Shown here piece after piece: positions 1 through 9,053 of a stretch of DNA of 64,000 nt. Source of the DNA: Candidatus Poribacteria bacterium. Lineage in GTDB: Bacteria; Poribacteria; WGA-4E; WGA-3G. The notes beneath the pieces were generated by a model. That model ran no database searches. It was not told the origin of the DNA and saw nothing but the letters and a program-made list of their open reading frames with translations. The position numbers and the translations under genes were made by a program. Each line of letters begins with the position of its first letter. The first letter of the stretch is position 1. The stretch covers positions 1,248,001-1,312,000 of the forward strand of contig OZ251518.1 in assembly GCA_965242965.1 (NCBI GenBank), read 5' to 3'.

Positions 1-45
1 CGAGGCTGCCGCAACGTTAGCAGACTCATACTACCCGGGGCCTGG

Positions 46-1398
46 ATGTGTTGCGGAGTGCTACTGCTTGCACTCGTAGCAATGCCGCTGACGGCCCATA
101 CGCGGACGCTCCACGCGTTGCTTGTAGTGATAGATACAGACACGAGTCTCGGCACCGCCATGAAAGCCAACCAGACGCAGGTGGAGCGACTGCTGAAGAC
201 AATAAACGACGCGGGGGAACTCCGGTTGGAACTGCAGACGCAACTCAGTTCACAAAATGAGGCGACAGTTGCGCAAATTCAAGGATGGCTTGATGCAATC
301 CGTCCCGGTGAAGACGATGTCCTCTTCGTCTACTTCAGTGGATCCGGCGGCAGTGATAAAGAGGGACAGTTCCTGTCTCTGCAAGATAGGCTGTGCTATC
401 AATCCGATCTCGCGCAATGGGTGCGAAATGCAGGCGAGTGCAGGCTTAAACTCCTGATTACCGATGCATGCAAAGCCGCGGAGTCCTTACCGGTACAAGC
501 ATCGCCGCGCGCCCGTTGGCTTGACATCGCGAATTTGTTTCAGACCCCGGCAGGCTTCCTCCATATCACGAGCGCGACTGCGGAGGAATACGGATGGGCG
601 GACGTACAAAAGGGTGGACTTTTCACGAACGCACTGATGCACGCGCTCGCTGAAGGATTTACGTCTTGGACAGAAGTTTTTGACGCGGCACGGCAAGAAA
701 CCGGTGACCTGTTTCTGCGCGCATCAGCCACATTCTCTGAAGAGATGGAGGCACCCTTAAAGAGGAAAGGCATTGAGAGCCAAACGCCGAAGGCGTATGC
801 GCTGCCCAATTGGGACCGCGACCCGCCAGCAAACCGGGATGAAATACCACCAACGCTGTGGGAGCTCCCCAATCCGGAAACCGCGTTCAAACTCTCCATG
901 GAGACCGGCAAAACGGTATACCAAATTAAGGACTACCTCACCGTGGCAGGCGAAGTCACCGACGATGCATACCTCATCCTCTTGAATTGGGATGATTTCG
1001 GGAGGTTAACCGTCCTTTTTCCCTTTCCGGACACCGCATCGGAGGGTAATCGGCTAAGTGCTGGCAGTTACCATATTCCAGACCTGAATCCCAACTTTGA
1101 ATTACAAATGTCGGGCCCTGCAGGGACCGAGCGACTTAAAATTCTAGCACTCCGGCGCGCCGCTGACAGCAACGCTATTATGGATTTCTTCACGTCGCCC
1201 GCGGGAAGCCGCTCATGGAAAGTGCTAGAAGGACAGCAGCGAGTAGCAGTTGAGGAGGAAATTTTGGAGCGTCTCCACAGCATAGACCCGAAAGACTGGG
1301 CAGAAGCACACCGAGAAGTGGAATTACGAGAGCGAAAACGGCCAGCACCGCGTATTACGCCAAAGGATAAGCACTCCGAGAAAACGGGAGGGAAGTGA
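46..1398 (+). CDS. Exported caspase-like (C14-type) protein, catalytic His absent, with C-terminal DUF4384-like domain
   Basis: Hydrophobic N-terminus; VYFSGSGG in place of YxGHG, LLITDAC retained; C-terminal 'VYQIKDYL...AYLILLNWDDFGRLTVLFP...GPAGTERLKILA' resembles DUF4384. Start uncertain. Confidence 0.7.
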   Translation: MCCGVLLLALVAMPLTAHTRTLHALLVVIDTDTSLGTAMKANQTQVERLLKTINDAGELRLELQTQLSSQNEATVAQIQGWLDAIRPGEDDVLFVYFSGSGGSDKEGQFLSLQDRLCYQSDLAQWVRNAGECRLKLLITDACKAAESLPVQASPRARWLDIANLFQTPAGFLHITSATAEEYGWADVQKGGLFTNALMHALAEGFTSWTEVFDAARQETGDLFLRASATFSEEMEAPLKRKGIESQTPKAYALPNWDRDPPANRDEIPPTLWELPNPETAFKLSMETGKTVYQIKDYLTVAGEVTDDAYLILLNWDDFGRLTVLFPFPDTASEGNRLSAGSYHIPDLNPNFELQMSGPAGTERLKILALRRAADSNAIMDFFTSPAGSRSWKVLEGQQRVAVEEEILERLHSIDPKDWAEAHREVELRERKRPAPRITPKDKHSEKTGGK

Positions 1399-1470
1399 TT
1401 TCCAGTCGGCTTCGCCGATGTCCGCATCCCCATCCCGCACCATTACGATTCACAAGAGTAGGAGGAACGT

Positions 1471-3117
1471 ATGACAGCAAGACATCACCGGCTCGTGGGC
1501 AGCCTGCTCATCATTTTGATGTGCATCGGCATCCTCGGCACGGCGTTTTCTGTCCAAGCGCAAGAGGTGCACGCACTCATCGTGCTACAAGGCGCAGACG
1601 TGAAAATCCGCGCCAGCGTGGCGAAAAATAAAGTGCTCATGCAGCAATTGATGGGGCAGGTGTCGCAGTATTGCAACGTCCATCTTACCGTGATGCATGT
1701 CGATGACAGGTTCACGAGCACTGTCACATCAATGACACTCTCCGGAGGCGCGCCGGCGAACATCAGCGAGCGAAGGATAGGGCGAATCCGCGGCGAGGAT
1801 GTGAACCGTTGGCTCAACACGGTGACTCCCACGTCGGCAGACACCGTTTTCATCTACTATAATGGCCACGGAAGTATAGAGGAAAATGAGCATCTGCTGA
1901 GCTTCACTGAAGACAATAAGGTATCTCGTGCAGGGTTGCGGGCGCGATTGGAACAAAAACCGGCGCGCCTGAAAATGCTCATTACCGATACGTGTAGCAC
2001 GCTCGTTGATACGCCAGAAGTCGTTGCAGCTAGTGCTACCTATGCAAACGTAACAGGGAAAGGAGAACGCTACACGCAACATCTGTTTCTACAACACGAA
2101 GGCATGCTTGACATCACGGCGGCGGAACGCGGCGATTATGCCTGGGGCCATCAGGATATCGGCGGATTCTTCACGGCTGCGCTGATGCAGAGCTGCAATG
2201 AGCCGGCGGATGTTTCGCTAAAAGATGGGTTTCTGACGTGGGACGAGGTATTCGCGCAATGCATAGTGGAGACACAACATATCTTCACGCAGACTCTGGC
2301 AGAATCGGAATTCGGCCCGGAACATTTGCTGGATAACGGCACGCCGAAACGGCAGACACCTGTCGCGTATTCTCCTTTGCCGCAGCGGCTCGCGCATTAT
2401 GCTGAACCGAGAACACGAACGCCAAAGCCGGAACGGACAACACCGCAACACCCGCATGGCCAGATTACCTGGGAGAAAGACGGTGTCGAAATGGTGCTTA
2501 TCCCCGAAGGCGAATTCCGGATGGGAAGCACTGCCCGTGGTGGTTCTGGAAAACCCGCGTATCCTGTCTACGTGGACGCGTTTTATATCGATACACACGA
2601 GGTAACGCTTCGCCAATACGACGCGTTTCTGCAGGCCACCGGGCACCGGCCTCTGCCTGAAGAATACGAAGAATTTTGCCCAACGCCTGATTATCCCGTA
2701 GTTTTCGTCTCGTGGGAGGATGCAATGGCGTACGCAAAATGGGCAGGCAAGCGGCTGCCGACAGAAGCGGAATGGGAGAAAGCAGCGCGCGGTGGGTTAG
2801 TCGGCCAAAAATACCCATGGGGCAATGCCAAACCGAACGGGACACAGTGCAATCTAGACCGGTTGCAAGATGGACATCTATACGCCGCACCTGTCCGGAG
2901 TTATCCGCCTAACAAATACGGCATATACGACATGGTAGGGAACGTCTGGGAGTGGTGCGCGGATGAAAACAGGCCGAGGACACGCATCCTCCGCGGTGGA
3001 AGTTGGCGCAACCCGGAAATCCGTATCCCCTGGGTTACGGAATCGCTGCAGGTGCCCCCGGAAACGCTCGGGCACACTATTGGATTTCGATGCGTTGTCA
3101 GTGCCGACGCGCATTAA
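1471..3117 (+). CDS. Exported caspase-like protease fused to FGE-sulfatase (CLec-fold) domain
   Basis: AGGAGG RBS; signal peptide ending VQA; YYNGHG and LITDTCS dyad motifs; RLPTEAEWEKAARGG, DMVGNVWEWC, GFRC. Confidence 0.85.
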   Translation: MTARHHRLVGSLLIILMCIGILGTAFSVQAQEVHALIVLQGADVKIRASVAKNKVLMQQLMGQVSQYCNVHLTVMHVDDRFTSTVTSMTLSGGAPANISERRIGRIRGEDVNRWLNTVTPTSADTVFIYYNGHGSIEENEHLLSFTEDNKVSRAGLRARLEQKPARLKMLITDTCSTLVDTPEVVAASATYANVTGKGERYTQHLFLQHEGMLDITAAERGDYAWGHQDIGGFFTAALMQSCNEPADVSLKDGFLTWDEVFAQCIVETQHIFTQTLAESEFGPEHLLDNGTPKRQTPVAYSPLPQRLAHYAEPRTRTPKPERTTPQHPHGQITWEKDGVEMVLIPEGEFRMGSTARGGSGKPAYPVYVDAFYIDTHEVTLRQYDAFLQATGHRPLPEEYEEFCPTPDYPVVFVSWEDAMAYAKWAGKRLPTEAEWEKAARGGLVGQKYPWGNAKPNGTQCNLDRLQDGHLYAAPVRSYPPNKYGIYDMVGNVWEWCADENRPRTRILRGGSWRNPEIRIPWVTESLQVPPETLGHTIGFRCVVSADAH

Positions 3118-3123
3118 ATAAAC

Positions 3124-3408
3124 GAGGGGGTTTCATAAATCAATGTCTTCCCGGTAGGAGAGACCTCCTGGTCTCGATGGCTCCTCGGTAGGGGGAGACC
3201 TCGGGTCTCGATGTTCCCGTAGCGCGGGGGCCTGTCCCCCGCGAGCTCCATCGTCACGATGGGTGTTGCTGCCGTTGTAGTTTGTGCTCGCCTGATCACA
3301 AACGGGTCAAGATCGAGCAATCCTGACCTATAGGGGTGATGCAGCCTGACAGCAAAACGCATGGCGAGGGTTTCCCCCGCGACGTTGAACAATTTATGAA
3401 ACACCCTC
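3124..3408. mobile_element. MITE-like element with 17-bp terminal inverted repeats enclosing REP palindromes
   Basis: gagggggtttcataaat (3124-3140) / atttatgaaacaccctc (3392-3408), one mismatch; interior homologous to 31390-31780. Confidence 0.65.
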
Positions 3409-3436
3409 AAGTTAGCATCTATGAAAGGAGAAACCA

Positions 3437-5110
3437 ATGAAAACTAATTTGCCGCTGCGCATCGCAGCTTTGCTTATCATTCTCGGATGCATCGTCTGCT
3501 TCGGCACCGCTACCGCCGAAGCACAGAAGATGCATGCACTGCTCATTCTGCTGCAGAATGACAAAAAAGGCATTCGAGACACCGTAGACGTGAACCAGCA
3601 GACATGGGTGGACGAACTGCTGCCCCTCGTTTCAAAACATTGTGAGGTAAAGGTGACGCTCATGAAATCGTTGCCGGGACTCGCTGGGGAATTAACCGAA
3701 ATAACCCTCAATGATAGCACGGTAACGGCACGGAAGGTTGAAAACCTCCGCAACATTGTTAACCCCGCGCAAGTCACCGGGTGGCTTGACAACGTGCAAA
3801 CGGGCCCCAGGGATACCCTGTTCGTCTACTTCAATGGCCACGGGGGGATGGACAGATACGGCACCCATCGGCTCCTCTTGGACCCGAGAGGAAAGAATTA
3901 TGTCACCCGCGAGCAAATTATGACGCGCCTCAAAGCGAAATCGGCGCGCCTGAAGATGCTCATCACCGACACCTGTAGTGAGATGATTGACATGGACGTG
4001 TCGGCTCAACCTCAGACACAGAACTTCGCACGTATCAAGAGCGCGCGATACTATGCCAAAAACCTGTTCCTAGATCACGCCGGGCTCCTCGATCTCACGG
4101 CGACCTCTCCAGGCAAACTCGCCTACGGCAACGCTACAATCGGCAACTATTTCACGCATGCCATAGCGGAGAGTCTTGTCCCAGAATCAGACACATCAGG
4201 GGATGACTTCCTCTCCTGGCAGGAGGTTTTCGCCTCCGCCACAAAGACGACGCGAACGTTGTGTGAGCAGGTACCACTGTTCAAAGCGACAAACACCGTC
4301 CAAATCCCCATCGCGCACGCGATGCCGAAGAAAGAACGCCTCAAGATTGGCGTGCAGGACAGCGCAGGAATGGTGCTCATCCCCGCCGGCAAGTTTCAGA
4401 TGGGCAGCAACGACGGTTATGAAAATGAAAAGCCGGTGCATACTGTCTCCGTGGATGCGTTCTATATGGATGTCTATGAGGTGACGAACGCGCAGTTCAA
4501 GGCGTTTGTCGATGCAAATCCACAGTGGCGGAAAGACCAGATTCCAACAAACTACCACGATGGAGACTACCTCAAGCCCTGGTCTGGTAACAGTTATCCG
4601 GTTGGAAAAGGTAACCACCCCGTGACTTTTGTAAGTTGGTATGCGGCGATGGCGTATGCGGAGTGGGCAGGGAAACGGCTGCCGACGGAGGCGGAGTGGG
4701 AGAAAGCGGCGCGCGGCGGGTTGCAAGGACAGAAGTATCCGTGGGGCAATGGGATTGATGCAGGTCAGGCAAATTACGGCAGGAATCTTGGGGGCACCAC
4801 GGAGGTTGGGAGTTATGGTGCGAATGGGTATGGGTTATATGATATGTCAGGGAATGTGTGGGAGTGGTGTGTTGATGCGTATAAGGCGGATTTCTATGCG
4901 CGTTCATCGCCCCAAAATCCGCTTGCAGGGAAGATGACCTTAAGGGAAGTGAGTGCTAATTACCAAAACGTGACAGGCTCGCGCGTGTTGCGCGGCGGCG
5001 GTTGGCGCACTACCGCGCAGGACTTGCGCGTCGCCAATCGCAACGGGAGTTCGCCGGCGAGCACGCACGCCGACATCGGTTTTCGTTGCGCGAGGGCTGT
5101 TACGCCTTGA
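3437..5110 (+). CDS. Exported caspase-like protease + FGE-sulfatase/CLec domain; putative DGR target
   Basis: AAGGAG RBS; signal peptide ending AEA; YFNGHGG and LITDTCS; FGE motifs; C-terminal variable region versus paralog 11097-13028. Confidence 0.85.
   Translation: MKTNLPLRIAALLIILGCIVCFGTATAEAQKMHALLILLQNDKKGIRDTVDVNQQTWVDELLPLVSKHCEVKVTLMKSLPGLAGELTEITLNDSTVTARKVENLRNIVNPAQVTGWLDNVQTGPRDTLFVYFNGHGGMDRYGTHRLLLDPRGKNYVTREQIMTRLKAKSARLKMLITDTCSEMIDMDVSAQPQTQNFARIKSARYYAKNLFLDHAGLLDLTATSPGKLAYGNATIGNYFTHAIAESLVPESDTSGDDFLSWQEVFASATKTTRTLCEQVPLFKATNTVQIPIAHAMPKKERLKIGVQDSAGMVLIPAGKFQMGSNDGYENEKPVHTVSVDAFYMDVYEVTNAQFKAFVDANPQWRKDQIPTNYHDGDYLKPWSGNSYPVGKGNHPVTFVSWYAAMAYAEWAGKRLPTEAEWEKAARGGLQGQKYPWGNGIDAGQANYGRNLGGTTEVGSYGANGYGLYDMSGNVWEWCVDAYKADFYARSSPQNPLAGKMTLREVSANYQNVTGSRVLRGGGWRTTAQDLRVANRNGSSPASTHADIGFRCARAVTP
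4697..4999 (+). repeat. 303-bp exact repeat, copy 1 (copy 2 at 12612-12914)
   Basis: Base-by-base identity at offset 7915. Confidence 0.95.
5000..5074 (+). other. Putative DGR variable region VR1
   Basis: 21 mismatches in 75 nt versus 12915-12989, between identical flanks; 18 at codon positions 1-2. Confidence 0.8.
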
Positions 5111-5130
5111 GTCTTAACTCCCTTACCCCT

Positions 5131-5152
5131 TCTGATCGGTTTACCGATCAGA
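5131..5152 (+). promoter_or_regulatory. Hairpin downstream of VR1 (candidate DGR target-recognition stem-loop)
   Basis: tctgatcggt-tt-accgatcaga, perfect inverted repeat 20 nt after the stop; conserved after VR2. Confidence 0.7.
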
Positions 5153-5376
5153 CCGTTATGAAAGGGGGTATATATTAAGACCTAACGGCCGGCCCGGTGC
5201 CTCTTTTTTCATCGAGAAACCCGCTTACTATGCGGGTTCATGCAGGAACAACTTTTGTGTCTTTTCTACCGGTTGTTGCGGTCTTCCAGTCAGCGACAAC
5301 CCCCGTCGGGAGAGCTTGCCTTAAAGCGGCAAGCCGAATCAAACTAATTGGGTCCACTATCAAAAGGAGAAACATC

Positions 5377-6297
5377 ATGAAACCCCAAAACACCCTGCAC
5401 CTTGCAGGATTACTACTACTAATACTACTGAGCTGCGCGGCACTGCTAGGGCCGGCGGCTTCTGCCGAGGCACATGAAGTGCACGCGCTCCTCATCATCC
5501 TCGGCGATGACATGAATATTCGCGCCGGTGTTGAGAAAAACGAGAGCCATCTCAAGGAGTTGATGGGGCGCGTCTCGGCGCACTGCCCTGTCCAACTCAC
5601 CGTCCTGAAATCCGAAGACGAGAGCACGGTGACGACGATGTCCCTCACCGATGGGAAGGCAAGCGCCATTCAAGAAACGCAGCAGGAGGGGCCCATCACG
5701 AGCGGCCAGGTTGAAGCGTGGCTCAACGCCGTGGACATCAATCCCGATGATACCGTGCTCATCTACTACACCGGATTCGGTCTGATATCCGCCAGCGGTA
5801 GCGGCGATGATTTGGCCCGCGCCGACTTGAGCGCGGCATTGAACGAACATCCTGCGCGCTTGAAAATGCTGATTACGGATATGGAGGGCCCCATTGTTGA
5901 TGAGTCTGACACCCCTGCGCTCCAGACATTTGGGTCTATAGCACCAAAGACGCCAGAGACAAGGGGCTCCTTCCTCAAACACCTCTTTCTTGAGTATAAA
6001 GGGATGCTTGACATTACCGCCGCGTCCTCTGGAGAGTATGCGTTTATGAACACAAAAGGCACAGATGCCGGTGGATTCTTCACGCAGGCTCTGATTAAGA
6101 GTATGGACTTTGCAGCTGAGGCGAACGCGGATATGTTCCTCACTCTCAATTCGTGGGCGGAGGTGTTTGCACTCGCGCGGAAGAGCGTTCAAGAGAGGTT
6201 TGCGCAGGCGCGCAACCAGGGCTCACTACGACGTGTTGAGCAGACAACACAGACTCCGGTCGCCTATTCGCTCCCGGAACGCGTGCTGGAACCGTAA
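5377..6297 (+). CDS. Exported caspase-like protein, catalytically dead (pseudo-caspase)
   Basis: Start reassigned to ATG 5377 after AAGGAG; signal peptide; YYTGFG and LITDMEG replace the His and Cys. Confidence 0.8.
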   Translation: MKPQNTLHLAGLLLLILLSCAALLGPAASAEAHEVHALLIILGDDMNIRAGVEKNESHLKELMGRVSAHCPVQLTVLKSEDESTVTTMSLTDGKASAIQETQQEGPITSGQVEAWLNAVDINPDDTVLIYYTGFGLISASGSGDDLARADLSAALNEHPARLKMLITDMEGPIVDESDTPALQTFGSIAPKTPETRGSFLKHLFLEYKGMLDITAASSGEYAFMNTKGTDAGGFFTQALIKSMDFAAEANADMFLTLNSWAEVFALARKSVQERFAQARNQGSLRRVEQTTQTPVAYSLPERVLEP

Positions 6298-6363
6298 CGG
6301 TTCCCTGGCACCTTGCACGGAACTGCAACTTCAGACATCCCTGAATGTCACGAGGAGGAATAC

Positions 6364-7638
6364 ATGAAAATCGAACGATACTACCACACGATAGGCATCC
6401 TCTGCGTTCCAGTGATGCTTATCCTTTTAACGCAAGGATGCTTCTTCTTTAAGAAGGAGCCCAAAATTGAACCCCCTGAACCCATAGAAAGGATTCAGGA
6501 GGAGCTGCCCGAGTTGACTGCTTCGCTTGATGTCACCAGCACTCCAAGCGGGGCCACCGTGTTTCTAGATGGAGAGCCGGTCGGCACGACACCGCTGGAA
6601 CACGTTGTAGAACTTGGGGGTTTGCCACGTAAAACGGTAGAGGTTGGTGTGGCATTCCAGGGGAGTCAACCGAGCCTGCGCCAGGTCACCCTGGAGCGAG
6701 GCAAAGGCATGATGATTGAAATTGTGCAAGCGAACCCAGAGACCTCAGTTGAACAATTCGACGACCTCATTGAACAATTCAACGAGGTCAAGGAGCAGTT
6801 GTGGGACATTAGCAGTCCGAATGCGGATTTCACCGTGGCATGGCAAGCGGACAGAACGGCCTACGAGGTAGAGGATACTATCACCTTTGATATCACCCTC
6901 ACCGCCGGTGCACACCTTGTTATTTTGAGTCGGGATACTTCGGACGCGCTCACACTCCTTCATCCGAATGCCTTTGAGACATCAAACGATTGGTGGCGGG
7001 CCGGCAAGCACTCCTATCCCGGGCCCGATGCTGATTTTGAGATCGAACTTCAGGCCCCAGGCACTGAAAAGTTTCAGCTGCTGGCATTCCGAAACGCTGA
7101 GAACAGCCAAACTGTTGCCGACATCTTAGATACACAGGCAGCTACGGCTGAAGAAAGAATCTTGGATTACCTTCAGGGCATGAACCCGACGGACTGGGCA
7201 GCAGCACGACTGGAAATCCCGGTCCGCGAACCAGAACGCCCGGTGCCGGATGAAGAACTCCTTGATGTCCCCACCGGGAACATCGTCTACATCAAGCACG
7301 GAAATTACATGTATCTGGCAAAAGTGTTTGACACGCAGCACGGTGAAGCCGGCACCACGGCGGTGGATATTTTTAACGAGGAACTTCGCGAGGAACTCGG
7401 TGACACTATCAACAATGAACTTGTGCTGGATAAACGGACAGAACCGGCGCAAGGCTGGGGTAACCGGCGTGTGATGCTCAGCTTCTATCGAGATGGTGCA
7501 TGGACATTTACTACCGATGTCGTGATCCACGCGACCTATTATGAGTTGCCTGCGCGTATTGATGGGGAGCGGGTCCAAGGTTCGCGTATCGTCAGTTTCG
7601 GCGAAGTCCGATTTCCGATTCCGGTCTCCTTTCGGTAG
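6364..7638 (+). CDS. Lipoprotein with PEGA and DUF4384-like domains
   Basis: ATG 6364 after GAGGAGG; lipobox-like LTQGC; PEGA motif LDVTSTPSGATVFLDGEPVGTTPL; DUF4384-like segment similar to 46-1398. Confidence 0.75.
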   Translation: MKIERYYHTIGILCVPVMLILLTQGCFFFKKEPKIEPPEPIERIQEELPELTASLDVTSTPSGATVFLDGEPVGTTPLEHVVELGGLPRKTVEVGVAFQGSQPSLRQVTLERGKGMMIEIVQANPETSVEQFDDLIEQFNEVKEQLWDISSPNADFTVAWQADRTAYEVEDTITFDITLTAGAHLVILSRDTSDALTLLHPNAFETSNDWWRAGKHSYPGPDADFEIELQAPGTEKFQLLAFRNAENSQTVADILDTQAATAEERILDYLQGMNPTDWAAARLEIPVREPERPVPDEELLDVPTGNIVYIKHGNYMYLAKVFDTQHGEAGTTAVDIFNEELREELGDTINNELVLDKRTEPAQGWGNRRVMLSFYRDGAWTFTTDVVIHATYYELPARIDGERVQGSRIVSFGEVRFPIPVSFR

Positions 7639-7817
7639 TTATCTGGTTGGTAACTCAGACCGGTTGAAGAAATAAGTCTGAAAAACCTTATGCCGCTAAA
7701 GGTGTCTACGAGGCTAACCCCGTAGGCGCGGTTTGAAACCGCGCCTACGGTCCGCAAAGGGCTTTAGGGTGCCAGGCTGCGTAAGGTCTATGATACATAC
7801 ATAAAAGTGGATTTAAG

Positions 7818-8954
7818 ATGAAAAAATTGACAGTCCTTATCACGCTCTTCATGGTGATTTTATGTGCCGTTTCCATGAATAGCTGTGGAGAAGACGTAGT
7901 TGTAGAGGTAATTGAGCCTGCAACTTTCAAAAGTGTTTCTCCGTCTGAAGGCACAGAGATTGCTGTCGATGAGACGCTCACCCTTGATTTTGACAATCCC
8001 CCGGAAGGGGTTCAGGTCAGTGCGGGGAGAGTTCTTATCGTCGACAACACGCTGAAAATTAGCGGCGATTTTGACCCGGGGGCCCTCACCTTAGAGGTTA
8101 CCTGGGAGAATGGACCTGGTGAAACACCGGCCAAACAGATGCTCGCCTATACTGTCGTTGCCCCGGATATTGCGAGGGAAGTGCTAATTCCGGCTGGCGA
8201 GTTCCAAATGGGTGCAGCAGACAACGATGAAGACGCGGAACCGGATGAGCTGCCTGTCCATACTGTCTACGTGGATGCATTCTATATGGACGCACATGAA
8301 GTTACCCATCTAGAATACCAGCAGTTCCTGCTGGAAAATCCATCGTGGCAAAAAGCGAACATTGAGGAGAAGTTCCACGATGGTGCTTATCTTAAAGACT
8401 GGATTGGAAACGACTATCCGCGGGGCAGGAGTTACCATCCGGTGACGTATGTGAGTTGGTATGCGGCGATGGCGTATGCGGAGTGGGCCGGCAAGCGGCT
8501 GCCAACGGAGGCAGAATGGGAGAAAGCGGCGCGCGGGGGATTGGTGGGACAGAAATACCCGTGGGGCGATACCTATGATGCCACCCAAGTCAATCACAGC
8601 GGGAATGATACGACTGTTGTCGGCAAGTATCCTGCCAACGGCTATGGGCTATACGACATGGCCGGGAACGTTTCGGAGTGGTGTCTAGATGCATACCGTG
8701 AGAATTTCTACGCTCAGTCGCCGAGTCGGAACCCACTTGCAGGTGCGCATACGTTGGAGGAGTTGCTCAAAAACTTCCTGAGTCTTCCAAACGAGCCTGG
8801 GAATGCGCGCGTGGGGCGCGGTGGCACATGGTTATTTACTGAGGAAGTCCGCCGAGTTTCTGAACGTTGGAGAGGCACTATCGCTTATTCGGGAGACTAC
8901 GAAGATAAGGGCGGTATCCTCGGTTTTCGGTGTGTGCGGTCCGTGACAGAGTAA
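7818..8954 (+). CDS. Lipoprotein with Ig-like N-domain and FGE-sulfatase/CLec domain
   Basis: SMNSC lipobox-like motif; RLPTEAEWEKAARGG, DMAGNVSEWC, GFRC. Confidence 0.8.
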   Translation: MKKLTVLITLFMVILCAVSMNSCGEDVVVEVIEPATFKSVSPSEGTEIAVDETLTLDFDNPPEGVQVSAGRVLIVDNTLKISGDFDPGALTLEVTWENGPGETPAKQMLAYTVVAPDIAREVLIPAGEFQMGAADNDEDAEPDELPVHTVYVDAFYMDAHEVTHLEYQQFLLENPSWQKANIEEKFHDGAYLKDWIGNDYPRGRSYHPVTYVSWYAAMAYAEWAGKRLPTEAEWEKAARGGLVGQKYPWGDTYDATQVNHSGNDTTVVGKYPANGYGLYDMAGNVSEWCLDAYRENFYAQSPSRNPLAGAHTLEELLKNFLSLPNEPGNARVGRGGTWLFTEEVRRVSERWRGTIAYSGDYEDKGGILGFRCVRSVTE

Positions 8955-9053
8955 CTGCCGCTAAAGGTGTGAGGGATGTTACGCCGGAATCCCTCACGCC
9001 TATAAACATTATGTCCTAAAACTCCGGCGGATAAGAATCAAAGGAGAAACGTA

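Noticed and set aside
5111-5376. DGR template repeat or RT next to the targets
   Set aside because: No AAC-rich copy of the VR here or after 13028, and no ORF with RT motifs was seen anywhere in the window.
7691-8970. Shared 15-mer tgccgctaaaggtgt after two lipoprotein genes
   Set aside because: Too short and only two copies; no function can be supported.
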